Below are positions 19,584-29,753 of a stretch of 64,000 bases of DNA, in pieces (position 1 is the first letter of the stretch; each line of letters starts with the position of its first letter). The stretch spans positions 768,001 through 832,000 of the forward strand of contig CAWGVS010000005.1 of the NCBI GenBank assembly GCA_963826115.1, read 5' to 3'. Position numbers and translations under genes: made by a program. The notes beneath the pieces were generated by a model that saw only the letters and a list, made by a program, of their open reading frames with translations, had not been told where the DNA came from and searched no databases. The stretch comes from an uncultured Candidatus Rokubacteria bacterium. Lineage in GTDB: Bacteria; Methylomirabilota; Methylomirabilia; Rokubacteriales; DASRDR01.

Positions 19584-20420
19584 TCAGCCCGGGATCTGCG
19601 CCTCCTCCGGCAGGGATTCCCAGGCCGGCTTCCAGTCAGGTACGCGCCATCCGAGGGGCTCCACGAGGCCGCGGACCTCGTCCGAGAAGGCCCGGCGCAC
19701 CTCGTCGTTGTCGCGACGCTTCAGGCCCAATTCCTGGTAGAGACGGTTCTTCGGGCTTCCCGGGCGTCCGAAGATGTTCATCGTCCGGACGTACCACTTG
19801 TGAAACGTCCGCTCGGCGTCATCCCGGGTGTCCCGTCCGTCCGCGAGGCGCCGGACCCAGAGCTCGCCGTGGCGGATGTGCATCCGCTCTTCCTTGAAGA
19901 TCCCCTCGACGCCCCGCCGCCAGGGCCCGTAGGACGAGTGCCGCACGTCCTCCAGCTGGTGGCCCGCACCGCGATCCATGCAGAAGTTGAACATCACGAA
20001 GTCCGCCCAGGTGTCGATCGGGTAATAGAAGATGTTCACCCGCTTGTCGGCCGACACGCGCGCGGTGCCGATGTCGGCCTCCGAGTCGTCGAGGCGCCGC
20101 GCGAAGCTCTGGTCGTGGGTGCCCACGTGGGCGGCGACGTTGACGCCGAGCTCCCCGAGGAGGTCGTACATGACCTTGGCGTGCCGGGTCTCGTCCTTCA
20201 CGATCTGCGAGACGACCAGCTTCTCCTCGACGCCCGGCGCCTTCATGATCCATGGCACGTAGCCGTAGGCGCCGGCGAGCTCCGAGTCCGCCTGCATGGT
20301 CATGAGGTGGATCAGGTTGTCGCGGTAGGTGGCGCTCATCTCGTCCTGCGCCTCGACGCGCTCGCCCCGCGCGATGCGGGCCATCAGGCGCTCGTGGCGG
20401 GTGTGCTCCTGCTCGCTCAT
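19584..20420 (-). CDS. PaaA-like ferritin-fold di-iron protein (1,2-phenylacetyl-CoA epoxidase catalytic-subunit family)
   Basis: YRDNLIHLM..QADSE, WI.KAP, KDETRH, NIFYYP..TWAD, SYGPW, KEERMH di-iron ligand pattern. Confidence 0.82.
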   Translation of the reverse strand: MSEQEHTRHERLMARIARGERVEAQDEMSATYRDNLIHLMTMQADSELAGAYGYVPWIMKAPGVEEKLVVSQIVKDETRHAKVMYDLLGELGVNVAAHVGTHDQSFARRLDDSEADIGTARVSADKRVNIFYYPIDTWADFVMFNFCMDRGAGHQLEDVRHSSYGPWRRGVEGIFKEERMHIRHGELWVRRLADGRDTRDDAERTFHKWYVRTMNIFGRPGSPKNRLYQELGLKRRDNDEVRRAFSDEVRGLVEPLGWRVPDWKPAWESLPEEAQIPG

Positions 20421-20818
20421 GGCTCTCTCCCTCCGCTGACGGCCCGCCCCGGGATCCGCCGGCGCTCGGGCACTGGGTAGCACTGCTCCACCGGGGTCTG
20501 CCGCGCGAGGCCGAGGGCCTCGCGCTGGATGATGAGGTGATGGCGGACGAGCATCGCGTCGTCCCGCAGGCGGTTGCGCGCTTCGGTCTCGGCGCGGACC
20601 CGATCCGGGACGGGCTCCCCGGGCCCGGCGAGGAGCGCGTCGAGGCGACGATCCATCTCGGCGAGGCGGTCGAGGATGTCCTGGAGGCGCTCCCCCGTGC
20701 GACCGAGGGCCTCGGCCTGAGCCTGGCGTATCTCGCGCTCGACGGTGGACAGGCGCTCCGCCCGCTGGATAGCGTCGTTCCCGGCGGCGCGCGCGAGGTC
20801 GTCCCGCCTCAGCTCCAC
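20417..20818 (-). CDS. Helical protein resembling DUF6665
   Basis: AEALGRTGERL..LIIQREALGL..VEQCYPVP; ATGA overlap with the PaaA-like gene. Confidence 0.6.
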   Translation of the reverse strand: MELRRDDLARAAGNDAIQRAERLSTVEREIRQAQAEALGRTGERLQDILDRLAEMDRRLDALLAGPGEPVPDRVRAETEARNRLRDDAMLVRHHLIIQREALGLARQTPVEQCYPVPERRRIPGRAVSGGREP

Positions 20819-21960
20819 GCCCGCTCTCCCCTGGCCCGGCGGTACGCGGCGACCAGGCGCTGCGCGATCGCGATCGACGCGAGCGGCGCGACGGCCTCGA
20901 CGGTGCCCGCGGCGAGCTTCTCGCGGAGGTCCGCGTCCGCCAGCATCTGGTCGACGGCGGATGCGAAGACGGCGGGGTCCTCGGGCACGAGGAGCCCGGA
21001 CACGCCGTCGGTGACGACCTCCTCGATGCCGCTCGCCCGGACCGCCACCACCGGGAGGCGGCACGCCATGGCCTCGAGGACGGCCAGCCCCTGGGTCTCC
21101 GTCGTCGACGCGAAGACGAACGCGTCAGCCGCCCGGTAGTACACCGGCAGGCCGTCGGGTGGGCACCCGCCACGGAACTCCACCCGGTCGGCGAGACCCC
21201 GCGCCGAGACCAGGCGGCGTAGCACGTCGGCCCGGGTCCCCCGCCCCACGAGGAGCAGGCGGAGCCTGGGGGCCCGCGCGCGGGCCACCGCGTCGATCAG
21301 GAACTCGAGGTTCTTCTCGCGGTCCAGCCGGCCGACGTAGAGGAGGACGCGCTCGTCCGGATCGAGCCCGAGCAGGCGCCGGGCCCCGCTGCGGTCGCCG
21401 GGCCGAAAGCGCTCGAGGTCCACGCCCGTGGGCAGGACCTCGATCGGGCGCCCGACGCCCTGCGCCCGGAGCCGCCGCGCCACGAACTCCGACGGGGCCA
21501 GCACGAGGTCGGCCGTGTTCGCGAAGCCCGCGCTCCGCCGGATGGCCTGCCGCGCCACCACGTTCCGCGGCAGCGGGACGTAGTGGGCGTACCGGTCGTA
21601 GAGCGTGTGGTACGTGAACACGAGCGGGCGGCGGGCCGCGCGGGCCAGGCGCCGGGCCGAGGCGCCCAGGAGGAACGGGTGTTGCGCGTGGTACACGTCG
21701 AGCTCGAGGGCGCGGAGGCGACGCGTCAGGGCCGGGCCGAGGGGCAGCGGAAGGGCGAAGTCGGGATACGTGGGCGCCGGGACGGCGGGAACCCGGATCA
21801 CCGAGGGGTCGCGGTCGTCCGTCCCGGCCATCCGCGGGGCGACGATCACCGCCTCGTGGCCGAGCGCCGCGAGGCCCCGGCGGATCGTCTCGACGGCGGT
21901 GGGAACGCCCCCGAGCATCGGAAAGTAGTTGTTGGTGAAGAGGCCGACCCGGAGGCGCAC
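20809..21960 (-). CDS. Glycosyltransferase family 4 (diacylglycerol glycosyltransferase-like)
   Basis: FTNNYFPMLGGV, H.QHPF, TYHTLY, YVGRLDREKN, ASTTETQGLAVLEAMA. Confidence 0.92.
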   Translation of the reverse strand: MRLRVGLFTNNYFPMLGGVPTAVETIRRGLAALGHEAVIVAPRMAGTDDRDPSVIRVPAVPAPTYPDFALPLPLGPALTRRLRALELDVYHAQHPFLLGASARRLARAARRPLVFTYHTLYDRYAHYVPLPRNVVARQAIRRSAGFANTADLVLAPSEFVARRLRAQGVGRPIEVLPTGVDLERFRPGDRSGARRLLGLDPDERVLLYVGRLDREKNLEFLIDAVARARAPRLRLLLVGRGTRADVLRRLVSARGLADRVEFRGGCPPDGLPVYYRAADAFVFASTTETQGLAVLEAMACRLPVVAVRASGIEEVVTDGVSGLLVPEDPAVFASAVDQMLADADLREKLAAGTVEAVAPLASIAIAQRLVAAYRRARGERAWS

Positions 21961-21974
21961 GGCCGCGGAACCCG

Positions 21975-22463
21975 CTACATCTTGTACCGGCCGAAATCCT
22001 CCGGCTTCAGGTTCTCGAGCCACTCTTTGAGCTTCTCCTGGTCGTCGGCTTCCTTCGGGGCGGTCTCCACGGACTTGGCCCGGCGCACGACGTCGTCGTC
22101 GACGAAGATCGGGGCTCCGGCCCGGAGCGCGAGCGCGATCGCGTCGGAGGGCCGCGAGTCGACCGTGATCTCTTCCTCGCCCATCCGCAGGTGGATGAGG
22201 GCGAAGAACGTGTTCTCGCGCAGGTCGTTCACGACGATCTTCTCGACCTTCGCGTCGACCGCCTCCAGGACGTTCTTGATGAGATCGTGGGTCATCGGCC
22301 GTGGCGTCGCGACCTTCTCGAGCTCGAGAGCGATCGCGTTGGCTTCGAAGATGCCGACCCAGATGGGCAGCGACCGCTTCTCCTCCTCGTCACGGAGGAT
22401 GATGATGGGCATGTTCGACACGGGATCCAGAGCGAGCCCCCGGACCTTCATCTCGACCCACAT
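21975..22463 (-). CDS. Bifunctional nuclease family protein (DUF151)
   Basis: LPIWVGIFEANAIA, RPMTHDL, DSRPSDAIALALR; AGGGAGG SD. Confidence 0.93.
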   Translation of the reverse strand: MWVEMKVRGLALDPVSNMPIIILRDEEEKRSLPIWVGIFEANAIALELEKVATPRPMTHDLIKNVLEAVDAKVEKIVVNDLRENTFFALIHLRMGEEEITVDSRPSDAIALALRAGAPIFVDDDVVRRAKSVETAPKEADDQEKLKEWLENLKPEDFGRYKM

Positions 22464-22503
22464 CGGAGCGGCCTCCCTGCGGTGCGTCGGGGATTCGAGA
22501 GCC

Positions 22504-22532
22504 ACGGTAGCATCGGCCTCTGGGGTTGTCAA
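22504..22532 (-). promoter_or_regulatory. sigma70-like promoter of the DUF151 operon
   Basis: TTGACA(22532-27)-17-TACCGT(22509-04) with TG extension. Confidence 0.65.
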
Positions 22533-22610
22533 ACCGCCGACGCCGCGCGAGGACGCGCCGCGCGCCCGGCGAGAGGCGTCGCCGAGCGCGCGGCGAATGC
22601 GGAGCGAACG

Positions 22611-24086
22611 TCAGGGGCGCGCGGGTGTCCGGGCGCCCGCCGGCTTCGGGCGCTTGCCGTTCCCGTTCCACACCAGCGGGGGCTTCACGTCGAAGCGGGC
22701 GTCGAGCCGCCGGCGGCGCTCCTTCCACCCGTCCTGGTACTCCAGCTCCTCCTCGGGCAGCGTCGCCGGCTGGCGCACGCCGTGCGCGCTCCGGAACTGC
22801 ACCGCGAGCTCGGACGCCCGGGTGCGGACCCAGTCCCACGGCGTGCCGAGCGCGAACTGGTCGGAGATGGCGCCGATGCGGCCGGAGTTGATGTTGATCG
22901 AGAGCGTCACGCATGAGAGGATCGGCCCCGACCAGTAGGACGTCTGCCAGTTGATCGGCACCGGCAGGATGTGGAGGTTGTGGCTGCCCCGGCAGTCCCC
23001 CGCGACCATCGGGCAGGTCGCCCAGGGGGATGACAGCTCGCCCGGCGCCGGCCAGTCCCCCTGCGCGAGGGCCAGCATCACGGGGTCGTCCTTCCCGCCG
23101 TAGGTGAAGCCCTTCTTGGTCTTGATGTTGTGGAGCCGCTCTGCCGAGACGACGTAACCGAGCTGGGCCGGCTGGTCCTTCTCGTCGCGGCTCCAGATGC
23201 GCGCCACCACAAACCGCGACGAGCGCGTCAGGCCCTCGATGTCGAAGAGGTCCTCGGGCCCGCGGAGCGTGAGGACGCGCTCCTGGAGCCCCTTGGCCAG
23301 CTCCTCCATCTTGCCGTCGAGCGCCTTCTGGTCCCGGGGGTGCGCTCCCGCCTCGACCGCCTGGGCCTTCGTGTCGAGGTCGACGATCTCGAAGAAGTAG
23401 CCGCGCTTCATCCTCGACGACGCGATGACGAGACCGCTGTTGAAACGAGGGTTTAGGTAGGCGCCGGTCGCGAAGTAGTTGAACGCCATCGGCTCGGTCT
23501 TGTCCGCGAACGACACCACCACCGTCTGGGAGGGGTTCTCGGGACGGATCGGCAGCGGAAGGACGACGCTGGCCGGTCCGGCGCCCCGGAGGTTCCCGGT
23601 GAAGGCGTCGGCGATGAGGTCCTGGCCGGGCCCGTAGAGGCCGAGCTCGGCGGCCTTGTTCGCCCCCTCGGTGAGGGCGTCCCACATCAGCTCGTCGATG
23701 ACCTCGTTCGGCACCTTCTCGGTGGTGAGGCCGGTGACCGCGACGTCGTCGCCGGTGTGCGTCACCATGAGCGAGGTGAACATGGGCTCGCCCTGGTACG
23801 AGTTGTTGTCCAGGACGAACTTGGTGATGACGCCCTTGACCTCCTCGGCGGCGACCACGTGGCCCCCCACGCCGCCCACGTCGGCCTTGGTGGCCTTCAC
23901 GAAGCGCTGCACCAGCTCGGGCTTCTTGGCGAAGACGTGGGAGCGGTGGGAGAAGATGTTGGGCGTGTTGGTGGTGATGATCTTCTCGGTAGTGCTCGTC
24001 GGGTATTCTGCGGCGTTGTCCTTGGACTGGTGATAGTCGGCAAGGGGGACCGCACGCCCGTTCTTGGGGCCATACCGCTTCGCCAT
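22611..24086 (-). CDS. fbp: Fructose-1,6-bisphosphate aldolase/phosphatase (class V FBPase), enlarged variant
   Basis: KADVGGVGGH, HTGDD, GLYGPGQDL..DAFTGN, ADKTEP, YGGKDDP (Schiff-base Tyr/Lys), RGSH, ELEY; GGAGG SD. Confidence 0.9.
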   Translation of the reverse strand: MAKRYGPKNGRAVPLADYHQSKDNAAEYPTSTTEKIITTNTPNIFSHRSHVFAKKPELVQRFVKATKADVGGVGGHVVAAEEVKGVITKFVLDNNSYQGEPMFTSLMVTHTGDDVAVTGLTTEKVPNEVIDELMWDALTEGANKAAELGLYGPGQDLIADAFTGNLRGAGPASVVLPLPIRPENPSQTVVVSFADKTEPMAFNYFATGAYLNPRFNSGLVIASSRMKRGYFFEIVDLDTKAQAVEAGAHPRDQKALDGKMEELAKGLQERVLTLRGPEDLFDIEGLTRSSRFVVARIWSRDEKDQPAQLGYVVSAERLHNIKTKKGFTYGGKDDPVMLALAQGDWPAPGELSSPWATCPMVAGDCRGSHNLHILPVPINWQTSYWSGPILSCVTLSININSGRIGAISDQFALGTPWDWVRTRASELAVQFRSAHGVRQPATLPEEELEYQDGWKERRRRLDARFDVKPPLVWNGNGKRPKPAGARTPARP

Positions 24087-24151
24087 GTCGTCGCCTCCGT
24101 CGGGATCGAGTGGGTCACGGGCGACGCCGTGCCTGCGCCGCCGCCGCCTCC

Positions 24152-24191
24152 TGCTAGAATGACCGTAGCCTGACCGGTCAGGCGCCGTCAA
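24152..24191. promoter_or_regulatory. Divergent promoters with a perfect 16-bp palindrome (candidate operator)
   Basis: GCCTGACC|GGTCAGGC at 24168-24183; minus TTGACG(24191-86)-18-TACGGT(24167-62); plus TGcTAGAAT(24152-60). Confidence 0.65.
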
Positions 24192-24232
24192 GACACCACA
24201 TTCACGCACTGAAATTTATTGCAGGAGGCGCG

Positions 24233-25231
24233 ATGCGGCGGGAGCGCGGAGTCCAGCCGGACGAGGTCCGGCAGATGGTCAGGTGCGTGCAGCTCTACTA
24301 CCGCGCGCAGCGCCATCAGAACGAGATCGCCCGCGAGCTCGGGCTCTCGTCGTCGAAGGTCTCCCGGCTCCTCAAGCGGGCGTTTGCCGAGGGCCTGGTA
24401 CGGGTCGAGATCGAGCTGCCGAAGCGGCCGCGCCTCGAGGTGGCCCTCGTCGATCGCTTCCGGCTTCGGGATGCCGTCGTCATCCCGCTCGGCGAGGCGC
24501 GGGAGCTGAAGGAGGACCTGGGCACCGCCGCCGCCCGGTATTTCGAGAAGGTGGCGGCCGACGGCGCCCGGGTCGGCCTGTCGTGTGGCTACACCCTCTA
24601 CCAGCTCATTCGCGCCCTCCGGGAACGGCGGTTCCGCGACCTCCAGCTCTATCCCCTGTCCGGGGAGAGCACGCTCCAGCTGGTCGACCTCTTCCCCAAC
24701 ACGCTGGTGGGGATGATGGCCGCGAAGTACCGCCCGCACGTTCGCGCGTATGCCCTGCCCGTCCAGGTTCTCGGCTCCTTCGCCGCCGCCCAGCGCGAGC
24801 GCCGGCGCCTCCTCCAGAAGGGCGAGGTCCGGCGCATCTACGAGGCGGCGGCGGACGTCGACATCGTGCTGGTCGGGATCGGGATGATCGGGGAGGCGAC
24901 CGCGGGATTCTGCTCGGTGGCCGAGTTCTACGGGGTGAGCGTCCGGCGGCTTCGCGCCCTCGGCGTCGTCGGCGAGATCAACTACCACCCCTTCGACCGG
25001 GACGGAAAGCTGATCGACAGGAAGGAGCTGCGGCCACTGACCCAGCGCGTCCTGGCGGTCCCGCCGAGCCGCCTGCGCGAGCTCTCCGGCCAGTACGGGA
25101 AGCTGGTCGTCGCGGTCGCGGGCGGGGCCGACAAGCACGCGGCCATCCTGGGCGCCATGCGGGGGCGCTTCGCCAACGTGCTGGTCACCGACGAGGAGAC
25201 TGCCGAGGCGCTCCTGGCGGCGACCGGCTAG
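24233..25231 (+). CDS. SorC/DeoR (CggR/LsrR-like) sugar-phosphate-binding transcriptional regulator
   Basis: LYY..QNEIARELGLS..KVSRLLKRA..GLVRVEI HTH; VGLSCGYT, VGIG, GVVGEI, VAGG.DK..AI.GA, LVTDE. Confidence 0.92.
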   Translation: MRRERGVQPDEVRQMVRCVQLYYRAQRHQNEIARELGLSSSKVSRLLKRAFAEGLVRVEIELPKRPRLEVALVDRFRLRDAVVIPLGEARELKEDLGTAAARYFEKVAADGARVGLSCGYTLYQLIRALRERRFRDLQLYPLSGESTLQLVDLFPNTLVGMMAAKYRPHVRAYALPVQVLGSFAAAQRERRRLLQKGEVRRIYEAAADVDIVLVGIGMIGEATAGFCSVAEFYGVSVRRLRALGVVGEINYHPFDRDGKLIDRKELRPLTQRVLAVPPSRLRELSGQYGKLVVAVAGGADKHAAILGAMRGRFANVLVTDEETAEALLAATG

Positions 25232-25322
25232 TGCGAGAGGCTGCCATCGAGCCGACCCTGCGGGAAGCCAGGCCCGGGGTCCCGTCGGGAACGCCCCGCC
25301 AGGGCCGGCCCGGAGCCGATCG

Positions 25323-26288
25323 CTAGGTCTCCTCGAAGATTCCCATTCGCCGGAACTTGGCGTAGCGCTGCTGGACGAGCTCGCCCGGCGAGAGCGGGAC
25401 GAGCTCCGCCAGCGCCGCGGCGACCGCGCGCTGCATCGCCTGGGCGGCCGCCGGCCAGTTGCGGTGGGCGCCACCGGGTGGCTCCGGGATGACGCCGTCG
25501 ATCACGCCGAGCTTCAGGAGATCGGGCGCCGTGATGCGAAGCACCTCGGCGGCGTCCTTCGCGCGACTCGCGTCCTCCCACAGGATGGCCGCGCAGCCCT
25601 CGGGGGAAATGACCGAGTAGATCGCGTGCTCGAGCATGAGCACCCGGTCCGCGACCGCGAGCGCCAGCGCCCCGCCGCTCCCTCCCTCCCCCGTCACCAC
25701 CGTGACGATCGGGGTCTCGAAGCCGGCCATCTCCCGGAGGTTCCGCGCGATCGCCTCCGCCTGACCCCGCTCCTCGGCGCCCAGCCCGGGATAGGCGCCC
25801 GGTGTGTCCACGAGCGTCAGGATGGGCTTCCGGAAGCGATCGGCCAGCTGCATGAGGCGGAGCGCCTTCCGGTAGCCCTCGGGGTGCGGCATCCCGAAGT
25901 TGCGGTGGAGCTTGTCCTCGGTGTCACGGCCCTTCTGGTGGCCCACGACGACGATGGAGCGTCCCTCGAACCGGGCGAGGCCTCCCACGATGGCGTGGTC
26001 GTCGCCGTACAGTCGGTCGCCGTGGAGCTCGACGAAGTCCTCGGTGAGGAGCCGGATCAGGTCGAGCGCGTAGGGGCGCCGCGGGTGGCGGGCGAGCTGC
26101 ACCCTTTGCCAGGCGGTCAGCTTGCCGAAGACCTTGCGCTGGAGACGCTGGAGGCGCTCCTCGAGCCGCGCGACCTCGGCGGGGTTGCCCGGCCGGTCCT
26201 CGCGGCGGAGGGCGTCGATGCGGGCCTCGAGCGTGACGAGCGGACGCTCGAAGTCGAGGGCCTTCTCGAGGTCGACCGCCTCGGCCAC
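25323..26288 (-). CDS. accA: Acetyl-CoA carboxylase carboxyltransferase alpha subunit
   Basis: [47 protein letters not shown]; start GTG 26288. Confidence 0.96.
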   Translation of the reverse strand: MAEAVDLEKALDFERPLVTLEARIDALRREDRPGNPAEVARLEERLQRLQRKVFGKLTAWQRVQLARHPRRPYALDLIRLLTEDFVELHGDRLYGDDHAIVGGLARFEGRSIVVVGHQKGRDTEDKLHRNFGMPHPEGYRKALRLMQLADRFRKPILTLVDTPGAYPGLGAEERGQAEAIARNLREMAGFETPIVTVVTGEGGSGGALALAVADRVLMLEHAIYSVISPEGCAAILWEDASRAKDAAEVLRITAPDLLKLGVIDGVIPEPPGGAHRNWPAAAQAMQRAVAAALAELVPLSPGELVQQRYAKFRRMGIFEET

Positions 26289-26293
26289 CCGGG

Positions 26294-29200
26294 TCAGGCC
26301 TCGACCGTGACGCTCCCCGGCCCCAGGAGCCCCTCCACGGCCTCGACGAAGGCCGCCGACGGGCGCACGCGCAGGGTCCGGGAGCGGACGTCGACCTCGG
26401 CGCCGTCCACCCGGAGGCGGAGGGCCAGCGGAACGGTCCCCCGGTGCGCCTCGCAGATCGCACGGAGGGCGGCGAGCGGGTCGGGTCCGGAGGCGCTCAG
26501 GACGGACACCCGGCAGGCCCGGGGGAGGGCCGGCGCCTCGCCCCGCTCCTGCTCGGCGGGGAGCGGGCGGATGTCGTCGGCCAGGAGCTTCCGGGCGGTC
26601 GTGGTGCCCTCGACCTTCCCCCGGACCAGGAGCGGCGCGCCGCTCCGGAGGTGCGTCACGCTCTGCTTGAAGAGCTCCGGGAAGATCGTGACCTCGATCG
26701 TCCCCTCGACGTCCTCGATCGTCGCGAACCCCATGCGGTTGCCGTTCTTGGTGTTGATCTCCCGCAGCGCCGAGACGAGGCCACAGAGCAGGACGCGCGC
26801 CCCGTCCTCGACCTGGCCGAGCTGGCCCGTGCCCAGCGCGCCGAGCCGCTGCGCGTGGTCCCAGACCTCGCGGAGCGGGTGTCCCGAGAGGTAGAAGCCC
26901 AGGACCTCCTTCTCGTTGAGGAGGCGCTGCTCCGTGTCCCACTCCGCGACCGAGGCGTCCAGGAGGTCGGGCTCGACCCCCGGGCCGGCCGACGAGCCGC
27001 CCATCAGGTCGAACATCGACACCTGGCCCTGGTCGCGCTCCCGCTGGTGGCGCTGCCCCGCCTCGAACGCGTGGTCGAGGGCGGCCATGAGCCGGGCCCG
27101 CGGCCGCTCCCCGGAGTCGAAGGCGCCGGCCTTGATGAGGCTCTCCACCACCCGCCGGTTCACGAGCTGGAGGTCGAGCCGCCGGCAGAAGTCGGCGAGA
27201 GACACGAAGACGCCGTCCTGCTCGCGCGAGGCGACGATGGCCTCGATCGCCTTCTGCCCGAGGTTCTTGATGGCGCCGAGCCCGAACCGGATCGTCTCCC
27301 CGTCGACCCCGAACGAGAACCGAGAGACGTTGACGTCGGGGGGCAGGACGCCCATGCCCATGGCGCGGCACTCGTCCATGTGCACGACCACCTTGTCGGT
27401 GTTCGCCATCTCGGACGTGAGGAGGGCCGCCATGAACTCCACCGGGTAGTTCGCCTTCAGGTACGCCGTCTGGTACGCGACGATGCCGTAGGCGGTCGCG
27501 TGAGCCTTGTTGAACCCGTAGCCGGCGAACTTCTCCATCAGCTCGAAGACGCGCTCGGCGACCTTCTCCTTGACGCCGCGCCCCTTGGCCCCCTGCAGGA
27601 ACTTGGCGCGCTGGTCGGCCATGAGCGCGGGGATCTTCTTGCCCATCGCCTTCCGGAGGTCGTCGGCCTCGCTCATCGTGAAGCCGGCCATGTCGTTCGC
27701 GATCTTCAGCACCTGCTCCTGGTAGACCATGATTCCGTAGGTCTCCTGGAGGTGCTTCTCCATGACCGGGTGCTCGTACGTCGGCTTCACCTTCCCGTGC
27801 CGGCGGGCCGTGAAGTCGGGGATCATCTCCATCGGGCCGGGCCGGTAGAGCGCCACCATCGCGATCACGTCTTCCAGGCGCTCGGGGCGGAGCAGCCGGA
27901 GGGCGTTCCGCATCCCGGTCGACTCCAGCTGGAACACGCCGAAGGTCCGGGCGTCCGCCAGGAGCTGGTAGGTCTTGGCATCGTCGAACGGCAGCCGCTC
28001 GGGGTCGATCCGGACCCCGCGGCTCTCCTGGATGAGCCGGACCGTGTTGGCGATGACGGTGAGCGTCCGCAGCCCAAGGAAGTCCATCTTGAGAAGGCCG
28101 AGCTTCTCGATGGGGCCCATCGGGTACTGGGTGATGATCTCCTCGCTCTTGGGGTCCCGGTAGAGCGGGACGTGCTCCATGAGCGGCTCGTCGGAGATCA
28201 CGACGCCGGCGGCGTGCTTGCCCGCGTGGCGGGCCAGCCCCTCGAGGCGCTTGGCGGTCTGCCAGAGCTCGGCGACCTCCGGCCGGCTCTTCACCGCTTC
28301 GGCGAGCGGCGGACTCTGCTTGAAGGCGTCGTCCAGTGTGATGTTCAGCGTGTCCGGCACGAGCTTGGCGATCTTGTCGACGTCGCCGAACGGCATCCCG
28401 AGGACGCGCCCGACGTCCCGGATGACGGCCTTCGCCTTGAGCACGTTGAAGGTGATGATCTGGGCGACCCGCTCGCGCCCGTACCGCTGGACGACGTACT
28501 CGATGACCTCGTCCCGGCGGTCGTCCGCGAAGTCGATGTCCATGTCGGGCATGGACTTCCGGCCTGGATTCAAGAATCGCTCGAAGACAAGCCCGTAACG
28601 CATCGGATCGACGGTGGTAATGCCGAGACAGTAGGCCACGAGCGACGCGGCTGCCGAGCCGCGGCCCGGCCCCACCGCGATTCCCCGGTCCTTCGCGTAG
28701 CGGATGAAGTCCCAGACCACCAGGAAGTAGCCGGGGAACTGCATCTGCTGGATGACGCCGAGCTCGTAGTCGAAGCGGGCCAGGATCTCCGCCGTCGGCT
28801 CGGGGTAGTGCCGGCGGAGACCGGTCTCGGCGACCTCCCGGAGGTAGGAGTCGAGGGTCCGGCCGGGCGGCACCTCGTAGCGCGGCAGACGGAACTGGCC
28901 GAAGGTGAGCTCGAGGTCGCACCGCTCGGCGACGGCCAGCGTGTTCGTGCAGGCCTCGGGCAGCTCCGCGAAGACCTTGCGCATCTCCTCGGCCGACTTC
29001 AGGTAGAACTCCTCGGTCGCGAACTTCCACCGGTTGGGGTCGGCGATCTTGGCGCCGGTCTGGAGGCAGAGCAGCACCTCGTGCGCGCGGGCGTCGGCCG
29101 CCTCGAGGTAGTGGGAATCGTTCGTCCCGCAGACCCCCACTCCGAGCGCGCGGGCGATGCGGATGGTGCCGTCCGTGACCCGGATCTGGTCGGCGAGGCC

Positions 29201-29749
29201 GTGCGCCTGGATCTCCGTGAAGTAGTAGTCGCGGCCGAAGACGTCCGCGTACCAGCCCGCGACCTCGAGGGCCTTCCGCTCCTCCCCCGCCAGGAGGAGC
29301 CGCGAGACCTCGGAGTTGAGGCAGCCGGACAGGACGAGCAGCCCGTCGGAGTGCTGGGCGAGGAGCTCCTTGTCCACCCGCGGCTTGTAGTAGAACCCCT
29401 CGAGGTACCCCTTGGAGACGAGCTTGATGAGGTTGTGATAGCCCGTCTCGTTCCGGACCAGCACCGTGACGTGGTTGGCCCCCTCGTACTGCCCGTCGGT
29501 CGGCGCCCGCTCGAACCGGCTACCCGGCGCGACGTACAGCTCGCAGCCGAGGATCGGCTTGATCCCCGCCCCGCGGGCGTGCTGGTAGAAGTCGATGGCG
29601 CCGAAGAGGTTACCGTGGTCGGTCAGTGCGATCGCCGGGAAGCCCAGCGCCGCGGCCCGATCGACCAGCTTCTTCAGGCGCGCCGCGCCGTCGAGGAGGC
29701 TGTACTCCGAGTGAACGTGGAGGTGGACGAAGTCGGCCGAGGCTGCCAC
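26294..29749 (-). CDS. dnaE: DNA polymerase III alpha subunit
   Basis: [18 protein letters not shown] domain, [29 protein letters not shown] fold. Confidence 0.98.
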   Translation of the reverse strand: MAASADFVHLHVHSEYSLLDGAARLKKLVDRAAALGFPAIALTDHGNLFGAIDFYQHARGAGIKPILGCELYVAPGSRFERAPTDGQYEGANHVTVLVRNETGYHNLIKLVSKGYLEGFYYKPRVDKELLAQHSDGLLVLSGCLNSEVSRLLLAGEERKALEVAGWYADVFGRDYYFTEIQAHGLADQIRVTDGTIRIARALGVGVCGTNDSHYLEAADARAHEVLLCLQTGAKIADPNRWKFATEEFYLKSAEEMRKVFAELPEACTNTLAVAERCDLELTFGQFRLPRYEVPPGRTLDSYLREVAETGLRRHYPEPTAEILARFDYELGVIQQMQFPGYFLVVWDFIRYAKDRGIAVGPGRGSAAASLVAYCLGITTVDPMRYGLVFERFLNPGRKSMPDMDIDFADDRRDEVIEYVVQRYGRERVAQIITFNVLKAKAVIRDVGRVLGMPFGDVDKIAKLVPDTLNITLDDAFKQSPPLAEAVKSRPEVAELWQTAKRLEGLARHAGKHAAGVVISDEPLMEHVPLYRDPKSEEIITQYPMGPIEKLGLLKMDFLGLRTLTVIANTVRLIQESRGVRIDPERLPFDDAKTYQLLADARTFGVFQLESTGMRNALRLLRPERLEDVIAMVALYRPGPMEMIPDFTARRHGKVKPTYEHPVMEKHLQETYGIMVYQEQVLKIANDMAGFTMSEADDLRKAMGKKIPALMADQRAKFLQGAKGRGVKEKVAERVFELMEKFAGYGFNKAHATAYGIVAYQTAYLKANYPVEFMAALLTSEMANTDKVVVHMDECRAMGMGVLPPDVNVSRFSFGVDGETIRFGLGAIKNLGQKAIEAIVASREQDGVFVSLADFCRRLDLQLVNRRVVESLIKAGAFDSGERPRARLMAALDHAFEAGQRHQRERDQGQVSMFDLMGGSSAGPGVEPDLLDASVAEWDTEQRLLNEKEVLGFYLSGHPLREVWDHAQRLGALGTGQLGQVEDGARVLLCGLVSALREINTKNGNRMGFATIEDVEGTIEVTIFPELFKQSVTHLRSGAPLLVRGKVEGTTTARKLLADDIRPLPAEQERGEAPALPRACRVSVLSASGPDPLAALRAICEAHRGTVPLALRLRVDGAEVDVRSRTLRVRPSAAFVEAVEGLLGPGSVTVEA

Positions 29750-29753
29750 GCGG

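Noticed and set aside
25323-29030. 1235-aa ORF suggesting a giant AccA fusion
   Set aside because: The upstream part is an Arg/Pro/Gly-rich off-frame shadow of dnaE; AccA similarity begins only near 26288
26294-29749. Intein or split in dnaE
   Set aside because: Normal length (1151 aa) with contiguous motifs
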